Shown here: positions 1 to 10,453 of the stretch, one piece after another
Layout of the letters: each line of letters begins with the position of its first letter
How positions within the stretch are numbered: the stretch's first letter is position 1
Source: Wolbachia endosymbiont of Litomosoides sigmodontis
Lineage (GTDB): Bacteria > Pseudomonadota > Alphaproteobacteria > Rickettsiales > Anaplasmataceae
NCBI RefSeq assembly: GCF_013365435.1
Contig: NZ_CP046577.1
Location: forward strand, 60,001 to 92,000
Length of the DNA: 32,000 nt
Reading direction: 5' to 3'
Made by a program: the position numbers and the translations under genes
Notes under the pieces: generated by a model
The model's database searches: none
Told to the model about the DNA's origin: nothing
The model's input: the letters and a program-made list of their open reading frames with translations, nothing else

Positions 1-426
1 AACTTTTTAGACCAAATATTTTAACCATACGTCCTTTAAGCAGTTCCCAACACTTATGACTAAATCAAATGCAATTCAATTAATTCTGTAAATGCCATAT
101 CTATTTTCTCTATATGATTTTGCTTCAGCTTTATTATTGCATTTTTACTGAATGCTTTTTGCTTATCATTATTTTTTTTAGATTGCTTGCTATAGATTAT
201 TTGTGAATTTGTTTTATTTTTATGATAATCTAACGTGAATGACTTGCCAAGACATTTCTAATGTTCATATATTATTTGGCGAAAAAAAATAATATTTTGA
301 AGAGATAAGTTATATGATTTAAAAGGTATGGCACATACTGTTTTAAATGCAGAACCTTGCAACATAGCTGACTTTGTTAGTTGTATACCCAATTATGTTA
401 AGATAGGAAATTAGATAAACTTTGCA

Positions 427-1164
427 GTGCGATACAAAATAACGATAGAGTATAACGGCAGTAGTTTTTCTGGTTGGCAGAAGCAGCAATATTCTGCTAA
501 CTCAATTCAAGAGACCATAGAAAATGCTATATTTAATTTCAGTGGTGAGAAAGTTACTCTGCATTGTAGTGGCAGAACTGACGCAGGAGTTCACGCTTTA
601 GGACAAGTTGCTCATTTTGATATGAAAAGGGAATTTGAGCTTTATAGAATAAGAAATGCCATAAATTATCACTTAAAATCAATTCCTGTAGTTGTGCTGA
701 ATACAGAAGCTGTAGATGATACATTTCACTCGCGATTTTCAGCAAAGAAGAGATATTACGAATACAGAATAATTAATCGCTACGCTCCTGTAGTTCTAGA
801 AGCAGGTTATGCGTGGCAAGTATTTAATCCACTTGATGTAAACATCATGCGTGAAGCTGCTAAATATCTGCTTGGAAAGCATAATCTTTCAAGTTTCCGC
901 TCAAAAGATTGCCAGGCTATAAATCCAATAAGAACGATTGATGGTATTGATATAGTACAGAATGGGAGTCATATATACATCAAAATATCTGCTATTTCTT
1001 TTTTACATAATCAAGTGAGGATCATTGTAGGAACTTTAGTTGAATTTGGAAAAAATAGAACTAATCCACAAGAAATGCTAAGTATATTAAATCAATGCAA
1101 GAGAAATGCTGCTGGAGTTACTGCACCACCTTTTGGTTTATATTTAACAAAGATAGATTACTAG
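427..1164 (+). CDS. truA: tRNA pseudouridine(38-40) synthase TruA
   Basis: 245-aa ORF with a GTG start. The N-terminus MRYKITIEYNGSSFSGWQKQ and the catalytic-Asp block GRTDAGVHALGQV are typical of TruA. Length fits the family. Confidence 0.9.
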   Translation: MRYKITIEYNGSSFSGWQKQQYSANSIQETIENAIFNFSGEKVTLHCSGRTDAGVHALGQVAHFDMKREFELYRIRNAINYHLKSIPVVVLNTEAVDDTFHSRFSAKKRYYEYRIINRYAPVVLEAGYAWQVFNPLDVNIMREAAKYLLGKHNLSSFRSKDCQAINPIRTIDGIDIVQNGSHIYIKISAISFLHNQVRIIVGTLVEFGKNRTNPQEMLSILNQCKRNAAGVTAPPFGLYLTKIDY

Positions 1165-1172
1165 TTAATAGC

Positions 1173-2330
1173 TTATGTCCTTACTGGCATCACTATATAT
1201 AATGCATTAGGATCATTTTCGTCAGTAATAACTGTAGCACTATTATTATTTAATAAGCTAAGCTTGCATTTGCTTTTTATACAAGATAAAGCATCAAGCA
1301 AATAGCGTGAATTAAAACCTATTTCTATAGGTGCTCCATTGTAGTCTACCTCTATAGACTCAGTTGCATCATTACATTCTTGAGAGTTTGAGTGTAGGGT
1401 TAATAACCTTTTTTGTAATGAAAACTTGATAGATTTTATTCTATCAGATACAACAACGGAAACTCGATCTATAGCGCTAGCAAGTTTACTGCTTTCAACA
1501 ACTATTTGTTTATCTTGAGATGCTGGAATAACGCCTTTGTAATCTGGGAAAGTTCCATCTATTAATTTTGATATTAGGATATACTCACCACATGTAAACT
1601 TGATTTTTCTGCCTGAAAGTTTTATATTAATTTCATTACAGTCATCCAGTACTTTTAGCAGTTCTATAACAGTTTTACGCGGTATGATTACACCAAGCTC
1701 GCCATTGATATTTTGGGGTTTGGGCCTCTTTACACACGATAAACGGTGACCATCAGTTGCGACGCAATATAGAAACTGCTCATCGGTATGTAAATATATT
1801 CCATTTAAATTATATCTTATATCATCTAGTGATACAGCAAATTTTGTTTTAGTTAATAAATCTATCAAGTCTGTATTCAGTAGAGTAAAATTATACTTAT
1901 AATCGCCTTCTTCAAGAATGAGGGGATTGTTTGAGACTACGTTTGGTAAAGAAAAGTTTGTATTCCCACAAGATATCAATAATTTTCCTTGGTCATTTAC
2001 TTCAAAAGTGATATCCAAATCAGCTGGCAACTTCTTTACTATATCGTGTAAAGTATGTGCTGAAACTTTTACTTCTCCTTCTATTGATATATCTGCGGCG
2101 AGTGAAGCAAATATTGAAATATCAAGATCAGTAGCCATTAATTTTATGTTGCTATGTTGTGCTTTGATATTCATACATGCTAAAATATCTATCGTATTGC
2201 GCCGTTCAACTACTCCACTTACTCTAGATAGCGTCTTTAAAAGATTTGCACGGCTTACGCTAAAACGCATTTGTCCATATAAAGAATTTTGTTTTTTAAC
2301 TTCTACACCTGCAACTTCTGACATTATCAA
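1173..2330 (-). CDS. dnaN: DNA polymerase III beta sliding clamp
   Basis: 385-aa ORF of clamp length. It has the typical N-terminal segment MRFSVSRANLLKTLSRV and the C-terminal YIVMPVRT. The start is ambiguous: ATG codons at 2330, 2324 and 2270 are all possible. It converges on truA with an 8-bp gap. Confidence 0.88.
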   Translation of the reverse strand: MIMSEVAGVEVKKQNSLYGQMRFSVSRANLLKTLSRVSGVVERRNTIDILACMNIKAQHSNIKLMATDLDISIFASLAADISIEGEVKVSAHTLHDIVKKLPADLDITFEVNDQGKLLISCGNTNFSLPNVVSNNPLILEEGDYKYNFTLLNTDLIDLLTKTKFAVSLDDIRYNLNGIYLHTDEQFLYCVATDGHRLSCVKRPKPQNINGELGVIIPRKTVIELLKVLDDCNEINIKLSGRKIKFTCGEYILISKLIDGTFPDYKGVIPASQDKQIVVESSKLASAIDRVSVVVSDRIKSIKFSLQKRLLTLHSNSQECNDATESIEVDYNGAPIEIGFNSRYLLDALSCIKSKCKLSLLNNNSATVITDENDPNALYIVMPVRT

Positions 2331-2446
2331 TTCTTAAAAATATATTTTAAATGATATCAATATTCTGCGTAAAGTAAAGTACTTATTTATATTTCTACCG
2401 GAGGAATGATTTTTTACACTGTGGCTTAGCTTGAAATTACAGCAGT

Positions 2447-2944
2447 TCACTTTACGTGGCATAAATTATGCATTTTTTGGTACGCCTTTTGAAACCCAAG
2501 TAGAGAATAAGTATCATCAATAATTGCTCCTTTTATTGTCTTACTGGCCACCATTGATAACCCATGCTTCATTTCGAGAATTAGATCTCGATCTGTTTTT
2601 AGATACTCTGTCCATGCAAGATCTCCTTGTATTATAGGTAATGTATATTTTATTTTTTTATCGATATTGAGAACTACAGGTTCCTTACCATACTGAAAAC
2701 CAGAAGCAACACTTACCTCGTCTGCTTTTTTACTAACGTAGCTGACCATTATATATGGCTTACGGTCAGTTGTATAATGTTCGCTCTTTTTTTTAGGGTA
2801 AGATACGATATAACATACTTTCTCTCCATCTTCCAGTGCAGTATACACAAGCCAATCCCTATATTTTTCCTTCAATTGTACATCGCTAATCGATGCAAGA
2901 GCACTTATTGAAAAAAATATTAGAAATACAAAAAAACTACGCAC
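2447..2944 (-). CDS. Secreted protein, possibly invasion-associated locus B (IalB) family
   Basis: 165-aa ORF with a clear N-terminal signal peptide (MRSFFVFLIFFSISALASIS). Size and general pattern (DW..Y....C) recall IalB-family proteins of alpha-proteobacteria. The GTG start overlaps the rpoH stop (GTGCGTAG). The family assignment is from memory only. Confidence 0.6.
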   Translation of the reverse strand: MRSFFVFLIFFSISALASISDVQLKEKYRDWLVYTALEDGEKVCYIVSYPKKKSEHYTTDRKPYIMVSYVSKKADEVSVASGFQYGKEPVVLNIDKKIKYTLPIIQGDLAWTEYLKTDRDLILEMKHGLSMVASKTIKGAIIDDTYSLLGFQKAYQKMHNLCHVK

Positions 2945-3830
2945 GCAAGCTAAATTTCAAACTTTCTGACTGTATATATTGTTTCACCTTACCCATCGCT
3001 TGTTCAGCTAGTTGCCTTATTCTTTCTCTTGAAACACAATATTTTTTACTAAGCTCATCTAGAGTTTGAGCGTTCTCAGACAAATACCTGCTAATAAAAA
3101 TGTTTCTCGATCTTTCGTTAAGGTTTGCTAGTGCATTGCTTAAAATTGTTTCTTTTAATTCTTTTTCTTCACGATTCTGGTATGTTGCTTCTTGATTGAC
3201 TGAGTTGCATGGGATCATATCTTGTAGCTCTTTTTTAAAGTCATTACCTATTTTTATGCAATTATTTAGTGACTGATCCTTATAAGCTAAACGGTAATTC
3301 ATCTGTATAACATCCACTTCAGATACAGAGAGTTCATTGGATATTGCTTTTATTTCTTCATTATTTAAAGTTTCTCTATTTGTATACTGCAAAATTCTTT
3401 TTTTTATTTTACGCAAACTAAAAAATAATCTCCTTTGTGCTTGCGTTGTACCTATTTTTACAAATGACCAAGATTTTAATATAAAGTCTTTTATTGAAGC
3501 TTCAATCCACCACACCGCGTAAGTTGAAAAGCGAAATCCCAAATCAGGATTAAACTTTTTCACTGCATGCATTAAACCCATATTCCCCTCCATAATTAAG
3601 TCCATCAATAATAGCCCATAATTTTTGAATTTCATTGCAATTTTTACTACTAAATTCAAATGACTGGTAATCAACTTATGAGCAGAAGAAATATCTTCGC
3701 ACTTGTTCCAACTTTTCGCCAATCTAATCTCCTCCTCTTGAGATAGCATAGGAAATTTTTGCACTTCAGCAATATACTGTATGAGATTAGTGCTACTGTT
3801 AATACATAAGTTTACAGCTGGGGTCAACAT
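2937..3830 (-). CDS. rpoH: RNA polymerase sigma-32 (heat-shock) factor RpoH
   Basis: 297-aa ORF with sigma-70 regions 2 to 4. It carries the RpoH box QRRLFFSLRKIKKR and the region 4.2 HTH segment LDELSKKYCVSRERIRQL. Confidence 0.9.
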   Translation of the reverse strand: MLTPAVNLCINSSTNLIQYIAEVQKFPMLSQEEEIRLAKSWNKCEDISSAHKLITSHLNLVVKIAMKFKNYGLLLMDLIMEGNMGLMHAVKKFNPDLGFRFSTYAVWWIEASIKDFILKSWSFVKIGTTQAQRRLFFSLRKIKKRILQYTNRETLNNEEIKAISNELSVSEVDVIQMNYRLAYKDQSLNNCIKIGNDFKKELQDMIPCNSVNQEATYQNREEKELKETILSNALANLNERSRNIFISRYLSENAQTLDELSKKYCVSRERIRQLAEQAMGKVKQYIQSESLKFSLRA

Positions 3831-4004
3831 AACAACTTAAATTAAAATTTCATGCATACAATATATTGACTTTTCAGCAAAAATTCAAGCTCTAATTTAG
3901 AGAAAGTATGACTTATTGTATATCCCTACTATATCTAACTCAAATTTCAAATTCCTCAACACCGATTGCTATATGTGATGCCAAAATAACTTAACATAGT
4001 AAAT

Positions 4005-4040
4005 AGTGTCATTCCAGTGCTTAAGAGACACTGGAATCCA
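4005..4040. repeat. Small palindromic intergenic element (Wolbachia-type hairpin repeat)
   Basis: The sequence is agtgtcATTCCAGTGcttaagagaCACTGGAATcca. A 9-bp stem (4011-4019 with 4029-4037) encloses a 9-nt loop. It resembles the GTCATCCCAGTG...CACTGGGATCC repeat that I recall being scattered through Wolbachia intergenic regions. Confidence 0.5.
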
Positions 4041-4118
4041 CATTTCTTCCCTTTAATGTCACCATAGTATCAACTATTTGAATACAAGGCTGGGATAACA
4101 AGAGACAGCTAGGGTAGA

Positions 4119-4856
4119 TTAGAAATTAAACGCTATTCCAGCTTCTGCACCAATCGTACTGTAAAGAACTTTATATGCACCCACAGTGACTTTTGTTTCT
4201 TTATCTTCTATTTTTTTATCGTCACTGGCTTTTTTATTTACTGTTTCACTTTTATCAAAACTAGCGCCATAAGAACCAAAATAACGAGCTCCAGCGAAGA
4301 GTTTAATTTCTGGAGTTACATTGTAACTAACACCAGCTTTTGCCTGGTAAGCAAAACCAAACCCACGTTTTTGATCAGCAATAACTTGTGTCTTTGCAGG
4401 ATTGCTGACATATGCTGCACCAAGACCAACACTAATATATGGAATAATAGGCATATCTTCAATTGCTATGTCATAATATACATTAACTAGCCCCGAAATT
4501 GCTGTTAAATCATCTACAATATCTGGAGTAGGAGTTCGTGAAAGAGTATCTTTACCTAATTGTGAATAAAGTCCTTCAATGTCCACTCTAATATCATCCA
4601 TTTTATAACCAAATGCACCGCCACCAGACATAAAAGAAGGCTTATACAGGTCATTAGTGTCTTTACTATCCTTTTGAGCTCCTATAATACCATCAACCTT
4701 TGTATTTAAAGGTGAAAACTCACCGTTGTACTGCAAGCGAATGTAGTAACTAGTTTCCTCGTCAGCTATTGGACCAATAAGGTCTGAAAAAGCAGAATTT
4801 GATAAACTTAGCAACGTCACTAACGCGGTTGCTGAAAAAAACTTTTTATAATGCAT
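4119..4856 (-). CDS. wsp: Wolbachia surface protein / Surface_Ag_2 family outer membrane beta-barrel
   Basis: 245-aa ORF. The N-terminus MHYKKFFSATALVTLLSLSNSAFSD is the characteristic WSP signal peptide. Conserved blocks YYIRLQYNGE and GGGAFGYKMDDIRVDIEGLYSQL are present. The C-terminus GIAFNF ends in Phe, as in OMP barrels. Confidence 0.9.
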   Translation of the reverse strand: MHYKKFFSATALVTLLSLSNSAFSDLIGPIADEETSYYIRLQYNGEFSPLNTKVDGIIGAQKDSKDTNDLYKPSFMSGGGAFGYKMDDIRVDIEGLYSQLGKDTLSRTPTPDIVDDLTAISGLVNVYYDIAIEDMPIIPYISVGLGAAYVSNPAKTQVIADQKRGFGFAYQAKAGVSYNVTPEIKLFAGARYFGSYGASFDKSETVNKKASDDKKIEDKETKVTVGAYKVLYSTIGAEAGIAFNF

Positions 4857-4894
4857 AATTGCCCTCGTTAAAAAAATTAAAACTCCACTTTAGT

Positions 4895-4923
4895 AAGTTA
4901 AGTAAAAACTAAAGCTAAGTCAA
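4895..4923 (-). promoter_or_regulatory. Candidate sigma-70 promoter for wsp (TTGACT-17 nt-TAACTT)
   Basis: On the minus strand, TTGACT (4923-4918) is followed after a 17-nt spacer by TAACTT (4900-4895), about 40 nt upstream of the wsp ATG. This is a consensus match by eye only. Confidence 0.25.
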
Positions 4924-5481
4924 GTGCTAACTTAATAACACAAAATGTTTGACACTTAAACTAATTTTTATAGAAGAGTAAAGATTTTACTAATGAAAAG
5001 ACTAAATCCATTCTAATATAGCAATATCTTTAGAGTAGTGTGTTCTAAGAATGGGAAAATACTTGATAAACCTTGTTAACCACTTTTAATTACAAGGTAT
5101 TTATCAGAAATTTATCTTGAACCTTTGTTTTAAGTGACAAAAGCCTAGTATTAAACTAGGCGTGTTATGTTTAGTTTTCCTTATATAGGTATCTCATATC
5201 TTTGCCAGCTAAACCTCGCTAGCGATGTAAAAGAGAATTAAGCGCCAAGTTTTTGGAGAGAATAGAATAGTAGACAACTTACATCGTGGAACTCTAATTT
5301 TGTCTTTTTTTATAAAAATTACTTAACAAACTTCTGTATTTTCTTTAACTATATTTCCTTTACTATAATGTAATGATTATTTGAATCTTAAGTTCTGCTA
5401 CTTGTTAAGCGTACATAATATTAACGCTAAGTTCCTAAAAAAGTAAGTTATTGACTAAGGTTTTTTTTGCCTTTTTCCCTC

Positions 5482-6578
5482 CTAATATCAATTTCCACTG
5501 TACAAGAAATAGTAGATTATAGTGAATAAAGAAGCTTTACTTAAGTAAGTAGAACAGTATAATTTAAATGGAATTGAAATTAAAATTATTGGATGAAGAA
5601 ATCAGGAAATCAGTAAAAAAAAATGCTGAGTGGTGCGAAATAACGCATATGTTACAAAAAATTAAATGCTGTAATTACAGCAAAAGAGCACTATATACTA
5701 GCCGTAGCAAGAACATATTGCATTTCAAGAATGGCACTAACTGCACAGATAAAGTACCTAAAATTTTGGAGAGAAGTAAAATTATTTACTTCTCCTCAAC
5801 GTTGTAAAAAATTGATCAGAGTTACTTTGAATAAGTTGAAGTATGGATGCAAGAAAACCCTAATATTCCTTTAAGGAAATGAGAATAAGAACTCAGGGAA
5901 ATTTGGCTTGAATGTCAATAAGTCTATAGCACATCGTAATATGCAAAAAATAAAGTTTTCATATATTAGCAAGACCAATTTACGATGAACAAGATAAAGT
6001 AAATAGGAAGAGTTTTAAAAAATTTAATGAGATTATCGGTAATATCCTAAAAGAGAGTTATTTATCTTGGATAAAGCGAAATTTGGTATACATTCAGAAG
6101 TAGACATAGGTAGTTTAAAAATGGTATTAAAACACAGGTTAAAGTAAAATTAGGTAGATAAAATTTTTATCTCCACAGAGTAGTTAATCTAGGAATAAAG
6201 AAGATAGTTCTGTATTATTTGCACTGAATATTTAACACTGATCGTGTGAATATATTGCTTAGACAAATATTATAATATTTAAGAGCACGAGAAGCCTTTT
6301 TTGATTATGTATTTGGCTAATTAGAATAAATTAAAAAATTTAAATGTACCTAAAAGTATCGAGATTATATACCTACCACTATGTTTATCCAAATTCAATT
6401 CTGTTGAGAGATTTTGGCTGTATATAAAACAGAACATTTTGCGTAATAAAGTCTATGATATAATTGCTTTACTTAAGGATGCTTTATGCGAATTTATTAT
6501 CTCTTTATTCTTACTCCGTGATTAAACAATTCTGTAACGTTACTTATTTGACCCATTAACAATAAGAGTTTGGATTAA
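5482..6578 (+). mobile_element. Decayed IS630-family element, copy A (near full length, transposase pseudogenised)
   Basis: The left end is ctaatatcaatttccactgtacaag. The right end is a diverged version of gagaattggtattag, giving an imperfect terminal inverted repeat. Internal fragments translate to an HTH N-terminus (ORF 5568-5807) and to the IS630 C-terminal motif region (YLPL.LSKFNSVERFWLYIKQNILRNKVYD). Many stops and frameshifts are present. Confidence 0.85.
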
Positions 6579-6747
6579 TTTTTACCATGACTAAAATATG
6601 TAAAAAATACTTACCATGCGAAAAAAACGGTAGAAAGTTATGGGAAATAGGAGATTCTGGAAAAATTTAAATATATTAAGTGATATGATAGCTGATTTAG
6701 AATAGGCTATTTTGTGAATTTTGTGATATGCTAGATCTATATACTCA

Positions 6748-6820
6748 TGGGCAATGACAGACTTGAACTGCCGACCTCCTCGGTGTAAACGAGATGCTCT
6801 ACCAGCTGAGCTAATTGCCC
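6748..6820 (-). tRNA. tRNA-Val (anticodon UAC)
   Basis: The reverse complement folds as a cloverleaf. The parts are acceptor GGGCAAT/ATTGCCC, D arm GCTC-AGCTGGTA-GAGC, anticodon arm TCTCG-TTTACAC-CGAGG with anticodon TAC, T arm GGCAG-TTCAAGT-CTGTC, and discriminator A. No CCA is encoded. Confidence 0.93.
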
Positions 6821-6955
6821 CTTTTAAAGAGTAATTTTACAGCTCAATAGTATTGTTGTAAACAAAAAGTAGGACTAAAATGTAGCCTAATTTCTAATTG
6901 ACCATTTGCTTAACTAAATGTTAGTATTGAAATTGCTTCGATTAAAGTACAGAAG

Positions 6956-9658
6956 ATGCAAGGCAATATAATACCAATTTCAATAGTGAAAGAACTAGAA
7001 GATTCTTATCTCTCTTACGCAATGAGCGTAATTATAAGTCGGGCTATACCCGACGTGCGAGATGGATTTAAACCAGTTCATAGGCGCATATTGTATGCAA
7101 TGTCAAGGGCTGGATATGATGCTGGCAAGCCATATAAAAAGGCAGCTCGTATAGTTGGGGATGTAATGGGGAAATATCATCCACACGGTGATGCAGCTAT
7201 TTATGATTCCTTGGTCAGAATGGCTCAAGATTTTTCTCTTCTTTTACCACTTATTGACGGGCAAGGTAACTTTGGTTCGATAGATGGAGATCCACCAGCT
7301 TCAATGCGATACACAGAAGCAAGACTTCAAAGAGTGTCGCACTTCTTACTGAATGATATTGATGAAGATACGGTTGACTTTAGGCCAAATTACGATGGAA
7401 ATGAATCTGAGCCTGTTGTACTGCCTGCAGAATTTCCAAATCTGTTGATAAATGGTGCAAGTGGTGTTGCAGTTGGTATGGCAACTAATATCCCTTCTCA
7501 TAATCTTGGAGAAATAATTGATGCCTGCGTATTATATATAGACAATCCTGGAGTAACCTTAGATGAATTGCTTGAAGTAGTGCCAGGGCCAGATTTTCCG
7601 ACTGGCGGAACAATTCTTGGTAAGTCTGGAATAAGATCAGCATTTGCTACAGGTCGAGGCTCAATTATTATACAAGGTAAAACTCATATAGAAGATCTTC
7701 CACAAGATAGGCAAGCAATAGTTATTGATGAAATACCTTATCAAGTAAATAAAGTGAAATTAATTGAGAAGATAGGTGAGCTTGTAAAAGAAAAGAAAAT
7801 TGATGGTATAACAGAAATTAGAGATGAGTCTGATAAGACTGGTATTAGGGTAGTGATTGACCTTAGAAAAAATGCTGCAGCAGATTTTATACTGAATCAA
7901 ATACTGGGGCTTACTTCTCTAAGAAGTAGTTTTAGCGTCAATACTTTAGTCCTCAGTAATAACAGACCTGCTTTAATGTCCTTAAAAGAAATCTTAGTCG
8001 CTTTTATTGATTTTAGAAAAGAAGTATTAATCAGAAGAACGGAATTTCGTTTGAGAAAAATGAGAGAAAAAGCTCACCTATATATAGGACTTTATATTGC
8101 AGTCTTGAGCATAGATGAAGTGATAAAAATTGTCCAAAGTGCAAAAGATCCTGGAGAAGCAAACAAAAAGCTTTTAAATAAGGAATGGAAAACTTCAGCT
8201 GAGATAAATACAATTATTGGCTTGATTTCAGATAGCATGAGCTTTTTGAAAGATGGAGTATATAAGTTAACTGAGCTACAGACGAAAGCTATTCTTGATA
8301 TGAAATTACAACGTTTAACCGGTCTTGAACGAGACAAATTAGAAGCCGAGCTAAACTCAATGATCAACTTGATAAAAGAATATATCACCTTTCTTGGTTC
8401 GGAAGAAAAATTAATGAAAGAAATAAAAAATAATTTACAAGAAATAAAGAACAGATTTGCTGTACCACGCAAAACTGTAATAGAAGAATTAGATGCAGAC
8501 ATTGAAGCTGAAGATTTAATTCCACAAGAGGATATGGTGATAACAGTAACTATGAATGGTTACATTAAGCGCGTAAAGCTCTCTCACTATAAAACTCAGC
8601 GTCGTGGTGGAAAAGGAAAGTTAGGGCAGGGCCTAAAAGAAGAAGATGTAATCACAAAATTATTTGTTGGTAATACCCATACTAGTCTTTTATTCTTTTC
8701 CAATGTTGGTAGAGTTTATAGATTAAAAGTCTATAAATTGCCTCTTGCAGAGCCAACTGCACGTGGAAGAGCGCTTGTTAACATATTCCCTCTTGCTGAT
8801 GGCGAAACAATTACCAATATAATGCCACTGCCAAGTGAGAGTGATGAAAGTCAAAATATAGTTTTTGCTACTGCTCATGGGAATATAAGACGTAACTCTT
8901 TAGCTGATTTTCATTATATTCCTAGCAACGGGAAAATAGCAATAAAGCTTGATGAAGGAGATAAATTAATATCGGTCAAAGTATGCAATGAAACTGATCA
9001 CGTTTTACTTTCAACAATGCTGGGAAAAAGTATTAGATTTATTATAAGCGATGTGCGTCAATTTAAAAGTCGCAATTCAGATGGAGTAAGAGGTGTTAAA
9101 CTTGCAAAAAACGATAGCGTGATATCTATGACCATATTGAATGGTATAGGTGTTGTAACAGAAATAAAAGAGCTTTATCTAAAAGTTCCATTAGCAAAAA
9201 GATTGGAAACTATAGTTAATAACTCTATTGATTCTAAATTAGAAAAAGTCCTGAATGATTTAGGAATAGAGAACGAATTGTTCTTAAAACTCGCAGTAAA
9301 TGAGGAATTCATACTAACTGTTACTGAAAATGGATTTGGTAAGAGAACTTCTGCATATGAGTACAGAGTAACTAATAGGGGTGGTGTTGGTATTACCAAT
9401 ATACTCACTACCAACAGAAATGGCAATGTTGTTGCTAGCTTTCCAGTTGAGCAGGATGACAATATAATGCTCATTACAGATAAAGGAAAGTTAATTCGCA
9501 TTTCAGTTAATGGAATTAGAATTGCAGGACGTAGCACTCAGGGAGTTACTCTATTTAAAACAGAGAGTGGAGAAAAGGTAGTATCAGCAGCAAAAATTGA
9601 AGATTCTGGTCCTACTGAAGAGAATATGTCTGAGATTGAAGATTCTACATTCTCTTAA
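6956..9658 (+). CDS. gyrA: DNA gyrase subunit A
   Basis: 900-aa ORF. It has the QRDR-type block [22 protein letters not shown] and the active-site tyrosine context [10 protein letters not shown]-terminal beta-pinwheel repeats are present (GGKG box QRRGGKGK). Confidence 0.97.
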   Translation: MQGNIIPISIVKELEDSYLSYAMSVIISRAIPDVRDGFKPVHRRILYAMSRAGYDAGKPYKKAARIVGDVMGKYHPHGDAAIYDSLVRMAQDFSLLLPLIDGQGNFGSIDGDPPASMRYTEARLQRVSHFLLNDIDEDTVDFRPNYDGNESEPVVLPAEFPNLLINGASGVAVGMATNIPSHNLGEIIDACVLYIDNPGVTLDELLEVVPGPDFPTGGTILGKSGIRSAFATGRGSIIIQGKTHIEDLPQDRQAIVIDEIPYQVNKVKLIEKIGELVKEKKIDGITEIRDESDKTGIRVVIDLRKNAAADFILNQILGLTSLRSSFSVNTLVLSNNRPALMSLKEILVAFIDFRKEVLIRRTEFRLRKMREKAHLYIGLYIAVLSIDEVIKIVQSAKDPGEANKKLLNKEWKTSAEINTIIGLISDSMSFLKDGVYKLTELQTKAILDMKLQRLTGLERDKLEAELNSMINLIKEYITFLGSEEKLMKEIKNNLQEIKNRFAVPRKTVIEELDADIEAEDLIPQEDMVITVTMNGYIKRVKLSHYKTQRRGGKGKLGQGLKEEDVITKLFVGNTHTSLLFFSNVGRVYRLKVYKLPLAEPTARGRALVNIFPLADGETITNIMPLPSESDESQNIVFATAHGNIRRNSLADFHYIPSNGKIAIKLDEGDKLISVKVCNETDHVLLSTMLGKSIRFIISDVRQFKSRNSDGVRGVKLAKNDSVISMTILNGIGVVTEIKELYLKVPLAKRLETIVNNSIDSKLEKVLNDLGIENELFLKLAVNEEFILTVTENGFGKRTSAYEYRVTNRGGVGITNILTTNRNGNVVASFPVEQDDNIMLITDKGKLIRISVNGIRIAGRSTQGVTLFKTESGEKVVSAAKIEDSGPTEENMSEIEDSTFS

Positions 9659-9763
9659 CTTGTAGTATTATGAAATACATACTAAAAGTAAAAAGTGCAA
9701 GTTTTTGTTGATTAATCTATAGTATATGAACTAGAATATATACTCATAGCTGAGTAGAGATCG

Positions 9764-10366
9764 ATGAATAAGAAATTAACTAAGAATAAAAAGCCAGTGG
9801 TAGATAAAGATGATAAAAAAATATTCCATATTAAAGGTCTTGCTAAAAAAAATAAGAGTAGGAGGGATTTTATAGCATTAACTACGTGTGCTATGGCAGG
9901 TATAGGAACTGCGAGTGGGTTTTGGCCACTGATTAAGTCTATGAACCCTTCCGCTGAAGTTTTGGCAATGTCTACAGTTGAAGTTAATTTAACTGGAATT
10001 CAAGAAGGACACGGAGTAAAAGTGAAATGGCAAGGTAAACCAGTGTTTATTCGCAAACGTACAAAGCAAGAAATTAAAGCTGCAAGGGTTGTGAATGTAG
10101 AGGATTTGAGGGACCCTCAATCGGATGAGCAAAGAGTGTACAAAGGAAAAGATGAATGGCTAATTATGGTTGGAGTATGTACTCACCTTGGATGTGTGCC
10201 AGTTAACCACGCTACAGAAGATGGGAACGGTTGGTTTTGCCCTTGCCATGGTTCTTATTATGATACATCTGGTCGAGTAATTGGTGGGCCTGCACCAAAA
10301 AATATGGTTATACCTGATTATTTTTTCCCAAGTGAAGATGTTGTAGTAATTGGCAAAAAGGCTTGA
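9764..10366 (+). CDS. petA: Ubiquinol-cytochrome c reductase Rieske iron-sulfur subunit
   Basis: 200-aa ORF with a twin-arginine motif (SRRDFI) followed by a TM helix. The Rieske 2Fe-2S boxes CTHLGC and CPCHGS are present. Confidence 0.93.
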   Translation: MNKKLTKNKKPVVDKDDKKIFHIKGLAKKNKSRRDFIALTTCAMAGIGTASGFWPLIKSMNPSAEVLAMSTVEVNLTGIQEGHGVKVKWQGKPVFIRKRTKQEIKAARVVNVEDLRDPQSDEQRVYKGKDEWLIMVGVCTHLGCVPVNHATEDGNGWFCPCHGSYYDTSGRVIGGPAPKNMVIPDYFFPSEDVVVIGKKA

Positions 10367-10453
10367 TAATAACTGTCCTTGAGTCACTGTATCTTTACAA
10401 TACTCAGAAAGGCACAAGCAAAAAATTACTTGGTAAAGTTTAACAAATTCATG

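Noticed and set aside
1-28. Possible 5' end of a minus-strand gene running off the left edge (MVKIFGLKS..., preceded by AAGGAC)
   Set aside because: Only 9 codons are visible, which is too short to support any call.
1918-2337. 139-aa ORF antisense to dnaN, and similar ORFs at 554-745, 3337-3522, 8031-8213, 8092-8502, 9175-9537, 10160-10417, 11909-12124, 15078-15323, 15563-15838, 16903-17115, 25661-25978, 26709-26900 and 30115-30321
   Set aside because: Almost all lie mostly or wholly inside, and antisense to, well-supported conserved genes (30115-30321 only clips the 3' end of ybaB). They have low-complexity, Leu/Phe/Ile/Ser-rich composition, typical of shadow ORFs in AT-rich genomes.
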